Virus record (IMG/VR): IMGVR_UViG_3300037493_005407
Span: 945 to 64,944 of that record
Length of the DNA stretch: 64,000 bases
Origin: a virus
Lineage: Duplodnaviria; Caudoviricetes
Direction: 5' to 3' (one strand)
The translations under genes and the position numbers were made by a program. This document shows, piece by piece, positions 7,882-16,106 of this stretch. The stretch's first letter is position 1, and each line of letters opens with the position of its first letter. The notes below the pieces were generated by a model, which made no database searches, had not been told where the DNA came from, and saw only the letters and a program-made list of their open reading frames with translations.

Positions 7882-8398
7882 GCCAGCGGCCGAAGGTAAT
7901 ATCCTGCATACCCTGGACCCGCTGCCCGCTCGTGGAGTAGTGAGCGGCAACATCATCGCAAAGTACCCGCGCTCACCCGTGCGACTGCACCTCATGACAC
8001 GGCACTTCAAGACGCACGAGCTGGTACCCGTCCAGCTCTGTACAGCGTGCGAAGACGCGTTCCATCCATGGTACCAAGAACGCATGTGTGGCGTGGTAAC
8101 ATTCAGTCAGCGTCATCTCTGGGAAAACACCTCCACAGAACGCGAGCGCTATCTAGGGCGCCGCGGTGCGGCGGTGAACATCCGGCACAACGCCCAGGCG
8201 GGTCGCTACGAAATCTGGAACGACGTGCGTGATTGGGACGGTGAGTCGGTGCATCTGGCGGAGCCGCGTCCGCAAGTCGAAGAGGTCTGCCTGGCCTGGC
8301 AAGCGACGCACGAGCTCTGCATCGTGTTCTGCGAGTCGATGCTCTGGTACCCGGGTGTTTACGAGGTGCCGATTACTGATGCTGCTGCAGAAGGTTGA
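7814..8398 (+). CDS. Zn-finger hypothetical protein
   Basis: AAGGAG RBS; YCDRCG...LCTAC. Confidence 0.65.
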   Translation: MIQIKTIGNELTTTGYYCDRCGKPAAEGNILHTLDPLPARGVVSGNIIAKYPRSPVRLHLMTRHFKTHELVPVQLCTACEDAFHPWYQERMCGVVTFSQRHLWENTSTERERYLGRRGAAVNIRHNAQAGRYEIWNDVRDWDGESVHLAEPRPQVEEVCLAWQATHELCIVFCESMLWYPGVYEVPITDAAAEG

Positions 8399-9779
8399 TC
8401 AGCTGCTGATTGAGCTTCTGCTTGTCCTGCGACATGTTGTCGAGCACGTCCTCCACCCCTGTCGGATCCATCCCAAACATCCTGCCTAGGAACCCGGCCC
8501 GCGGATGGGTCAGGTACTTCTGAACGCGCACGTTGCGCTCGTTCTCGGGTAGCGCCGAGTGCGAGCCGTGACGAATCGCGCGGCCAATCACCTGGTTCAA
8601 CTTCTCTTCATTCCAATGAGGCTCGAGGACCTGGAGGAGCTTAGTGCCCTTCAGGTCCAAGCCTTCTCCACCGGCGGAGGAGACGAGGAGGGCCTTTATT
8701 TTGCCCGCGTTGTACGCCTGCACCGCGGCGTCGCGCTCGGCCTTGGGGATGGACCCGGTGAAGAGCTGGCTCGCCACGCCCCGGCGCTCGAGCTCGCGCT
8801 TGTACTCGTCGAGGTTGTTGAGGAAGTTGGAGTAGACGACCGCCTTGAAGTTGGGGTCCTGGGCCTGTTGCTTGGAGAAGTTGTCGAGGGCGAGCTGCAG
8901 CTTGGGTGAGAGGCTGGGCTCTCCTTCGGTATCGAACTTGTTGGTCGAGCCAGCGATCTGCCGGGTCTGGCTCTCGAACTTGTTGAAGGCTGGCAGGTCC
9001 TTCTGCGTCGGCCGCATGCCCATCCTGAGCTTGATGCGCATGCCCAGTGGCAGCTTGTCCCAGGCGTAGTCATGCAGCATGGTCTGCCGCTTGTTCATGG
9101 GTACACGTAGGGTCTCGTCGGTGCGGGTGGGGAAGTCTCCCCCCTGGGGATTGTCGTAGTCGACCCACTTCTGGAGGCGCTGCTGCAGCTCGCGGGTGTT
9201 CTTCAAGTGTGGCGCGTTGTTGCCCATGAGCAAGCTGATGAAGCCGTTGTCGGGCTTTTCGACGTACCGGTCGTTGAAGTCGCGGTTGGTCGGTAGGACC
9301 CGGGCGCCGGCAGCCATGTTGACCAGTGGGGCGATGTCCGAGGGCCGGTTGTAGACCGGGGTTGCCGTGAGCAGCATGCGCTTCTTGGCGGGGTAGCCCA
9401 TGATGGACTGGTAGAGCTTCGAGCTCGTCTCCCGCGCCCGATGCGCCTCATCCACGATGAGTAGATCGCTAGGCTTTTGAATACCTTTGACTACATCCCC
9501 CTGCTGGCTACGCACGTCGATGCCCGGGTCGCCGAGGACGTGCTTGGCGATCTCCTTCTTGTAGTTCTCCTGGAGAGAGGCCGGCACGAGGGCAGTCGTC
9601 TTGCCGCCACCCTCCTGCAGCGCCGCGGCAATCGAGCTCAACGTCTTGCCGGTGCCGAGTCCGTGGGCCACGACGAGGCCAGGCTGGTCGTGCAAGCGGC
9701 GGAGAACGCGCTGCTGGTGAGGCAAGAGCGGGGTCTGCAGCTCGGCGGCTGCTTCAGCTAATTTTGCGAGGAGTCTCAT
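8373..9779 (-). CDS. SNF2-family (SF2) helicase/ATPase
   Basis: LLPHQ, HGLGTGKT, DEAH, LTATP, AGGEGLDL, HWN..QVIGRAIR motifs. Confidence 0.92.
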   Translation of the reverse strand: MRLLAKLAEAAAELQTPLLPHQQRVLRRLHDQPGLVVAHGLGTGKTLSSIAAALQEGGGKTTALVPASLQENYKKEIAKHVLGDPGIDVRSQQGDVVKGIQKPSDLLIVDEAHRARETSSKLYQSIMGYPAKKRMLLTATPVYNRPSDIAPLVNMAAGARVLPTNRDFNDRYVEKPDNGFISLLMGNNAPHLKNTRELQQRLQKWVDYDNPQGGDFPTRTDETLRVPMNKRQTMLHDYAWDKLPLGMRIKLRMGMRPTQKDLPAFNKFESQTRQIAGSTNKFDTEGEPSLSPKLQLALDNFSKQQAQDPNFKAVVYSNFLNNLDEYKRELERRGVASQLFTGSIPKAERDAAVQAYNAGKIKALLVSSAGGEGLDLKGTKLLQVLEPHWNEEKLNQVIGRAIRHGSHSALPENERNVRVQKYLTHPRAGFLGRMFGMDPTGVEDVLDNMSQDKQKLNQQLINLLQQHQ

Positions 9780-10004
9780 GGTCCAATGGTAGCAAAAGCA
9801 AAAGAAAGGGAATTGCTATTACAGCAACCCCTTTCGAAAATCATGCCGGCCTCGAGTTAGATATTTTGGTGATGCACTTTTGGCACGACTTACACGTGAC
9901 CTTTTTGAGGTCGAGGGTCACCTTGTACTTGAGGCCCTTGGCCCGTGAGAACGTCATGCACAGTGGACGCCCTTCCTTCCAGTAGTGCCATACCGCCTGC
10001 TCAG

Positions 10005-10178
10005 TCATCTCGGAAAAATCGTCGGGGTAGTCGAAGGAGCATCCAGGAGCCACTTCGTGATCGCCTTCTCGACTCCTATGCCCAAGATCGCGCCAATAAC
10101 AAGGATAACTGCCCCAACTGCCCCCGCTTTGGGTGTTGCAGTTAGGAGACTAGAACTAGAAAACGCTACAATCTTCAT
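10005..10178 (-). CDS. small membrane protein
   Basis: GAVGAVILVIGAILGIGV hydrophobic segment; start MKIVAF. Confidence 0.5.
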   Translation of the reverse strand: MKIVAFSSSSLLTATPKAGAVGAVILVIGAILGIGVEKAITKWLLDAPSTTPTIFPR

Positions 10179-10373
10179 CTGTTTTCTGCCTTTCGTTTGG
10201 TAGCTGTTTGATGATGTGGTGCGTTTTAAGATAGTCGTCCAAACGCACACCGTGTCCAGCGACTTCTGTCCAGAGGGTACCTGACCCGTCGCGTATTACT
10301 TTGCGTACCTCCTCTTTACCATTCTCCACACACCAGAACCATGCGGGCTTTTCTTGTGTGATATCTTCGAAGG

Positions 10374-11099
10374 TCATTTGTGCTCTTTTATCTCGTGTGT
10401 GCTGGTTACCTTGATGTCGTATCCGAGGGAGAGCTCCTCGAGCATAATGGGTGCCGTAGATGACACTCTGAACATCTTGCACGTGTCGGGCCTGTATCTC
10501 TCCACAAACTTGAATGCACTTTCACGGTTTGAGAAGTCATGGGTGTACACGTTGGAGCAGGCCCAGGCTCCTCGTCCTTCGACGATCAGGTAACGCTCGT
10601 GGATTGGGTTCTCTGTCATCCCCTCGTTTTCTTCTAGGGGTTTTATGTACGTGAGCTTTCCACCCACTAGGATAAAGGAGCAGCAGCAACTGGTACAGCG
10701 CCGTGGAGGATCCGGGAATCTTCTGATTTTGTCGGACTCCTCAATGGAGAATTTGAAATGACAACCAGGGCACTCGAGACGTTCAGGGACCTTGGGAGGC
10801 TCTTTCTTTCGGCACATCGCACACACTGGCTCAGCCCCACCCCTAACAGCCAGGGTGGTTTTGAATACGCCGCCGCAGTTCACGCATCTGGAGCGCTTGG
10901 GGGCTTCCTTGGGGACCTCAGCTGGCTTAATACTCATTGTTTTCTCTAGATATTCATAGCACTCAGCACACAGTGGCTTTTTGCTCCCTTTTCGATAATT
11001 TGCTTTACCTTGTGTATGGCACACACAATTAACACAGGTGAAGTACTCTGCTGCTCTGGCCTCTGCCTCCACCTTGATTTTTACGCCTTGTTTGGTCAT
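10374..11099 (-). CDS. multi Zn-finger protein
   Basis: Six CxxC-type pairs; GGAGGG RBS. Confidence 0.7.
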   Translation of the reverse strand: MTKQGVKIKVEAEARAAEYFTCVNCVCHTQGKANYRKGSKKPLCAECYEYLEKTMSIKPAEVPKEAPKRSRCVNCGGVFKTTLAVRGGAEPVCAMCRKKEPPKVPERLECPGCHFKFSIEESDKIRRFPDPPRRCTSCCCSFILVGGKLTYIKPLEENEGMTENPIHERYLIVEGRGAWACSNVYTHDFSNRESAFKFVERYRPDTCKMFRVSSTAPIMLEELSLGYDIKVTSTHEIKEHK

Positions 11100-11311
11100 A
11101 CCCCTCCCTCCGTGTTTTCGATTTCCTCTACCTCGTACTCAAAAACGGTAAGGGCTTCCGTGCTAAACCCAGCTTTGTTCTGCTGGTCTATTAGCTTACG
11201 AGCGGCCTCTCTATAGCCCCGTAAAGCGTTAATGACTTGTATGACAGCGGCCCGGTTGCCTGTCATGGCACGACGCTCGATGTCCTGGAGGGGTGTGCGT
11301 TCTTCTGTCAT
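11096..11311 (-). CDS. hypothetical protein
   Basis: ATGA-coupled ORF in the operon. Confidence 0.6.
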   Translation of the reverse strand: MTEERTPLQDIERRAMTGNRAAVIQVINALRGYREAARKLIDQQNKAGFSTEALTVFEYEVEEIENTEGGV

Positions 11312-11610
11312 TCATCACCTCGTAGCTCGTGCAGCTCTTTCACCTGTCGCTTGCACAGTTGGGTTAGGGCTTCAATATCGCGGTCCTTGCGCCCTATGTC
11401 TTCTTTGTACTTGTTTACCCACATCCTCCGGGTGCGGCTAATCGCCCACATAATGCAGGCAAGTGTGCCGTCGTCCTTTGCAGACGCGCGTTTCTTACTT
11501 CTGTGGCACGCTTCACACAGGCGAATAACCAGGGTAACGCTGCCCCCAAAGCCTGACTCTTCTATTGTCCATGAGCCATTGGGGTCTTCACATATGGTGC
11601 ATGGTTTCAT
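11308..11610 (-). CDS. Zn-finger/coiled-coil protein
   Basis: CTIC...CEAC, then WAISRTRR. Confidence 0.65.
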   Translation of the reverse strand: MKPCTICEDPNGSWTIEESGFGGSVTLVIRLCEACHRSKKRASAKDDGTLACIMWAISRTRRMWVNKYKEDIGRKDRDIEALTQLCKRQVKELHELRGDE

Positions 11611-11619
11611 TCTTTACTC

Positions 11620-11922
11620 CTAAGGATTCAGTGAGCAGTCTACGTCGAGGACGATGCGTCGCTGAATGTCCTCGCGCTCATCGGTTACGATGACGAGCTG
11701 CCGCACATACTGGCTCGTTTTTTCGTCCCAGACCATCTGGCAGTCCGTTTCAATCACGCCCTCGTAGCGCGCGTCGTTGAACTGCACCACAAACCACGTG
11801 TAGACCGTGATCGCCGCCGCCAAGGCGCAGACCCACCCAATTATCGCCACTGGGCGCAGATCCGGCCGCACGTACATGGGCAGAAAGACGGGCTCTTGTC
11901 CGCTTTCTCCGTTATCAATCAT
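11620..11922 (-). CDS. membrane protein
   Basis: Single TM helix (IIGWVCALAAAITVYTWFVV). Confidence 0.6.
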   Translation of the reverse strand: MIDNGESGQEPVFLPMYVRPDLRPVAIIGWVCALAAAITVYTWFVVQFNDARYEGVIETDCQMVWDEKTSQYVRQLVIVTDEREDIQRRIVLDVDCSLNP

Positions 11923-12139
11923 CCTTTTCTCCTTTCTCTTTGATTAGCCTCTCGAGACGGGCAATCTCCGCACAAATCTCTTTAGCCCTCTTGTCGTTCA
12001 CCCTCTGCTGCATCCGCAGTGTTTCGATCTCCAGCTGCATGCGGGTGTTCTCGTTATGCACCACGTTTAAACGCTTTTGTTGTGAGATGAGAGCGCGCTC
12101 GGGGTGAGTGTCGTCGGGGGCTACCTTGGGCTGTTTCAT
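11915..12139 (-). CDS. coiled-coil hypothetical protein
   Basis: GGAG RBS, start MKQPKV. Confidence 0.55.
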   Translation of the reverse strand: MKQPKVAPDDTHPERALISQQKRLNVVHNENTRMQLEIETLRMQQRVNDKRAKEICAEIARLERLIKEKGEKDD

Positions 12140-12525
12140 TACTTCTCCTTCGCCATTACCGATAGCTCGTGAATCCCATTCACACACTTGTTGGCGAGCT
12201 CGACGTAAACGGCACACCTAATCCCGCATGCTTCCTGTACCCAGTTGTTTTGCTTCTCTTCGCACTCCTTGAGGCGCTTATCCCAAACGCCCCTGGAGAC
12301 TTTAGACAGGGTTAAGCAGTCCTGCTTATCCCGCGTCTGTGTCTTCACTAGAGCGTTCAGCTGCGTGTTACTCTTCTGCATCTCCTCGACGCGTGCCTGC
12401 AGCGCGACGTTCTCTTCTTTAATGCGCCTGACATCTGTATAGTTGCAAGCCACCCAGATGCCGAGAATGAACACGGTTATCATCTCTATGGCGAGCAACG
12501 CGGTCATTACAGAGTTTTTGTTCAT
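12139..12525 (-). CDS. membrane-anchored coiled-coil protein
   Basis: Start MNKNSV, TM helix, heptads, several Cys. Confidence 0.6.
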   Translation of the reverse strand: MNKNSVMTALLAIEMITVFILGIWVACNYTDVRRIKEENVALQARVEEMQKSNTQLNALVKTQTRDKQDCLTLSKVSRGVWDKRLKECEEKQNNWVQEACGIRCAVYVELANKCVNGIHELSVMAKEK

Positions 12526-12965
12526 ACCTTTTCTTTTCCATAGTGCAGCAGCATCGCTCGCATGGCTTGCCACTCGTAATTACGGTAGCCGCTGTCCACG
12601 TAGATGCGTGTCTCACGCATGCGATGGCTGTTGGCCGCGATGTAGGCTTCTGCCGCCACCTCAGTGAAGAACGGTTGCACAAACTCCCACTGGTCCACGT
12701 ATCCAGTTCGGTGGTACTTTGAGGGGACCGTAAAGGTTTCCTGATACATCTCCTCGAGCCGTGTACGCTCCTCTGCGTCTACCTCCTGGCAGTCGTTCTC
12801 CCCGTCCAGCCAGATGATCTCGCTGTCGTCAACGATGTCGGGGTCTACGCCGTATAGGCGTTTCTTCTGCTGAACCAAGTAGATTGGCTCAGCGGTGCAG
12901 CGGTTGTCCTGGCCCACTATGTCTTTGGCTGACTAGGCTAGGACCTCGCTGTAGTCGGTTATCAT
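12522..12965 (-). CDS. phage protein with QDNRxTxxP motif; in-frame TAG at codon 11, or a GTG start at 12917
   Basis: MITDYSEVLA*SAKDIVGQDNRCTAEPIYLVQ...FFTEVAAEAYI...IYVDSGYRNYE. Confidence 0.6.
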
Positions 12966-12974
12966 AGTGGCTTG

Positions 12975-13418
12975 TTACCTCGGTACGTAGTCCTCGAGTT
13001 TCCAGTACAACTTCACGGCGTCACTCACGTCTAGCTTTCTAAACGCGGCAAAGACCTCCTCGGATGTTGGTTTCTTTTGCTCTCTTTTGTTCCAGTGCAG
13101 AATAGCGGCTTCTTTCAGTGTGTAAGGCCCCGTAACATGACAGTCCTCACAGCGAATCATCCGGTTAGGCCCAACCGGACGATTACCAATGATTTGCCCC
13201 TCTAGGAATTTGAGGTTGGTGCTGCCACAAAAGGGGCAAGGCAGCAACGTGTCCAAGTCGATGAAGTGTTCACAAGCGAGGTTAAACTCTCCGAATCTCC
13301 CCTTACGGAAAGCACACGTCGCCGAACCTATAGGTTGCTTTTCCTTGGCCGGGTCCCACGAAGGATGAAAGAGCTTGGCGTGTCTGCACCGAGTGCAGTA
13401 CTTCTCAGTAGAGTTCAC
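12975..13418 (-). CDS. Lar-family restriction-alleviation-like Zn-finger protein
   Basis: LLPCPFCGS...IRCEDCHVTGP...EAAILHWNKR. Confidence 0.7.
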   Translation of the reverse strand: MNSTEKYCTRCRHAKLFHPSWDPAKEKQPIGSATCAFRKGRFGEFNLACEHFIDLDTLLPCPFCGSTNLKFLEGQIIGNRPVGPNRMIRCEDCHVTGPYTLKEAAILHWNKREQKKPTSEEVFAAFRKLDVSDAVKLYWKLEDYVPR

Positions 13419-13427
13419 TGTACCTCC

Positions 13428-13697
13428 CTATTTACAGAGCTGGTAGGCACCCGCACCAGCAGCAAGACCACCCAACAACCCTCCCAGCAACTTGGCTGAA
13501 ATGCCAATCCCTATCCCAATACCCAGGGGAATAAGGCAGGTGCCAACCCCCACACCCCAGCCGGAACCAATGATGCCGATTCCGATCCCCATGCCAGTCC
13601 CAATAATGCCGATACCGAGAATCCCCAACAGCTGGATTAACAGCTGTCCCGCGAGATAACCGGCGAATGCTGATCCTAATATACCTAGTAGAAACAT
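13428..13697 (-). CDS. Gly/Ile-rich hydrophobic glycine-zipper protein
   Basis: GAAGGT RBS; 89 aa, nearly all hydrophobic or Gly. Confidence 0.6.
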   Translation of the reverse strand: MFLLGILGSAFAGYLAGQLLIQLLGILGIGIIGTGMGIGIGIIGSGWGVGVGTCLIPLGIGIGIGISAKLLGGLLGGLAAGAGAYQLCK

Positions 13698-13712
13698 TTT
13701 CTTTACCTTCCT

Positions 13713-13949
13713 TTACTTGAGTTCTTTGAGCCCATACGTCTCCACCCCCGCGTCTTCCTTGGTGCGGTACTGCATGGACCACACCTGTCCATGCCTACGA
13801 ACCATTTCCTCACAGGCGCTGTTGAACGTCCCGTGAATCACCTCGAACCTCCCGGCGTAGGGTTGTCCGCACCCAAAGGTGAAGATCCAGTCACGGGTCT
13901 CTTCTGCGGTGGGCAGCTCGCCCTTGAGGTCATAAACATTACTTGGCAT
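13713..13949 (-). CDS. conserved-type phage hypothetical protein
   Basis: WIFTFGCGQ...WSMQY; AGGAG RBS. Confidence 0.65.
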   Translation of the reverse strand: MPSNVYDLKGELPTAEETRDWIFTFGCGQPYAGRFEVIHGTFNSACEEMVRRHGQVWSMQYRTKEDAGVETYGLKELK

Positions 13950-14217
13950 TCATGTCTCCTATCTCTGTGGTTGTTTTCCCATACTTCCGTATGAGACCAT
14001 CTGTTGTGGCGATTTCTATACGCAACTTTTCTTCGAGAACTGCGATCTTATGCGCCAGTCTCCTGTGTTCCGCTTTTCGAGCTCGGTTAGCAGACCATTC
14101 TATGACTGACCACATAGTGTTCTCCGCTATCTTATTTCGCCGATAGCTGCTGGCACACGAGGAACACATTATGCGGCGCGTATCAGGTATTTCTTCGGAG
14201 CAGACGGTGCATATCAT
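13939..14217 (-). CDS. Zn-finger/coiled-coil protein
   Basis: CTVC..CSSC, then WSANRARKAEHRR. Confidence 0.6.
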   Translation of the reverse strand: MICTVCSEEIPDTRRIMCSSCASSYRRNKIAENTMWSVIEWSANRARKAEHRRLAHKIAVLEEKLRIEIATTDGLIRKYGKTTTEIGDMNAK

Positions 14218-14576
14218 TGTTTACCTCGTAACTCTTCTGCGCTGCTTAATAACCTTTCTAGTCTGTCTGCGCGGCGCTTTTGCTTATCACACTCGTAGGT
14301 CAGAAGGTTGATTCGGTCTGACTGCCTTCGGTTCTCAGCCTTACGCGAGACCCTAGCAGCCCAAGCCAGCATCTCGTGCGTCGCATTTTCTTGGGTGCTT
14401 GTGCGGCCACGCATGTGGGCAAATGCCCGCTGGCACCGCTTGCACATTAAGGGCTGTTCTACCTTTCCTTTGATATCGTACTCCTTGGGTATCCAGTGGT
14501 CCCACACGGGCATGAACCCGGCGGCATCTTTGCAGATGCAGCACTTGTGGCAGTCCCTGAGGGGTTTATCATTCAT
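14214..14576 (-). CDS. Zn-finger/coiled-coil protein
   Basis: CCIC..CKRC, then WAARVSRKAENRR; AGGAGG RBS. Confidence 0.65.
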   Translation of the reverse strand: MNDKPLRDCHKCCICKDAAGFMPVWDHWIPKEYDIKGKVEQPLMCKRCQRAFAHMRGRTSTQENATHEMLAWAARVSRKAENRRQSDRINLLTYECDKQKRRADRLERLLSSAEELRGKQ

Positions 14577-14889
14577 GGCTCCTCCTAAAGAGTCCCAGCT
14601 TTAGGTTTGTTACTTTTTCTTTGAGCTCCTTAACCTGGGTCAAAAGCTCTTTAACCTTTGGGGTGTGTTTTGGAAGGCACGCTTTGATGAGGTCCTCTTC
14701 GTCATCGTCGCCATCCCCGCTGTCATTCCATTCAATTGCCTTTAACGCAGCAGCCACGTCCCGTAGGTGATTCTTGAACGCCTGACGCAACAGGGGCGTT
14801 GTGCAGCCACTGTTCCCTCCGTCTAGGTCAATCTCTTCAGCTACGCGTTCAACCTTCAAGTAGGTGTAGTCGTAGGCACCTCCGCTCAT
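14569..14889 (-). CDS. phage hypothetical protein (MSGGxYDY type)
   Basis: MSGGAYDY...ALKAIEWNDSGD. Confidence 0.65.
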   Translation of the reverse strand: MSGGAYDYTYLKVERVAEEIDLDGGNSGCTTPLLRQAFKNHLRDVAAALKAIEWNDSGDGDDDEEDLIKACLPKHTPKVKELLTQVKELKEKVTNLKLGLFRRSHE

Positions 14890-15197
14890 TGGTGAACCCC
14901 TATGATCTTGTCGATGCTTTCCACCGAGAGCTGCCTCTCGGCGTCCTCACTCTGTAAGCTGAGCTGGCACTCCTGCAACCATTCTGCCTCCTGGCAGAAG
15001 TCTGCATAGAGCTCCGCGTTGCGGATCTCGAGCTCGGCGTTGCCTTCCTTGAGCTCGTCGACGACCTTTTGCAGCGCAGCCACTTCCGCCTCCGCAGTGG
15101 AAGCCTCGTGCACCAGCCACCCATAGATGGTCAGGAGTCCTGCTGTGCACAGAGTGGTTAACCCGTAGCTGATAAGGTTCTCTTTACGGGTTCTCAC
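14886..15197 (-). CDS. membrane-anchored coiled-coil protein
   Basis: TM helix followed by heptads with Cys. Confidence 0.6.
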   Translation of the reverse strand: MRTRKENLISYGLTTLCTAGLLTIYGWLVHEASTAEAEVAALQKVVDELKEGNAELEIRNAELYADFCQEAEWLQECQLSLQSEDAERQLSVESIDKIIGVHQ

Positions 15198-15424
15198 TCC
15201 ACCACCTCAAACTTGATATTCCCACCCCTCTCAAGCACACACTCAAACACCACCCCAGGAGACTCGTTACCATCCTTGTCGAGTTTGACTACGTTGTAGA
15301 TTTTGGCTGCGGTGCAGTCCGGGTTACAGCCATGCCCATGGCTCCAACACCACAGAGCAGACTGCGTCGTTACATCCCGGATGGCGTTACGGGTTCCGGT
15401 GCGGTCGATGGTTACCTGCTTCAT
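15194..15424 (-). CDS. hypothetical protein
   Basis: Coupled ORF; C..H..C...C. Confidence 0.55.
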   Translation of the reverse strand: MKQVTIDRTGTRNAIRDVTTQSALWCWSHGHGCNPDCTAAKIYNVVKLDKDGNESPGVVFECVLERGGNIKFEVVE

Positions 15425-15431
15425 TTCACTT

Positions 15432-16106
15432 TCATCCTATCTCTTTTGCACGTGCCGCAACTTCTAGTTCTATATCCCGTTTGTGTATAACCTTAGCTCC
15501 GTATACGCATTGTTCTTCCCACACGTAATCAGTGTCGCGTATCATATACGTAGTACCCCACCGAGCAGCGTACATAAAGCACCACACCCACATATGCTTT
15601 TCTCGTGGCCGGTGTAACGTAAAGTGCGCGCGGTCAGCTACCTGCTTAAAAAGATTCGGAGAACGGACGTTATAAGAATTAGTTAGCGTTAGTATTGCGG
15701 GTATTTTATTTGGGTGGGTATCCGTTGATATGAAACACCTACAAGATCTCGGGCTGTCCGGATTGTACATTTCTAAATATATTCCGTTATGCAGAAGGGT
15801 ATCACCTATAGCAATTACGGATTTTTGTCTTTCGTCGCCTTTTAACGTACGTCTCGGAGAATATGCGCGCTCTCTCATTTCGGATGTATCCGGAGGTAGA
15901 GTAGGTTTATACGCCGTCACAGGTACCGTAAGCGCTACTGGCGCTTTTCCTATTGAATCTCCAATGACCGAAAACTCGAATAGAATCTTTGTTTCGTCAT
16001 ACTCGCCCGTCTTTAAGTTCATGGGAACGCCGCGTGTGTTTAGCTCAATAGCCATCTCCAGTTCGCTCTTACCCATAAATTCTGCAAACTCTGCTATCTT
16101 TTTCAT
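15432..16106 (-). CDS. hypothetical protein in an AT-richer segment
   Basis: 224-aa ORF, TTG start overlapping the upstream stop. Confidence 0.6.
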   Translation of the reverse strand: MKKIAEFAEFMGKSELEMAIELNTRGVPMNLKTGEYDETKILFEFSVIGDSIGKAPVALTVPVTAYKPTLPPDTSEMRERAYSPRRTLKGDERQKSVIAIGDTLLHNGIYLEMYNPDSPRSCRCFISTDTHPNKIPAILTLTNSYNVRSPNLFKQVADRAHFTLHRPREKHMWVWCFMYAARWGTTYMIRDTDYVWEEQCVYGAKVIHKRDIELEVAARAKEIG

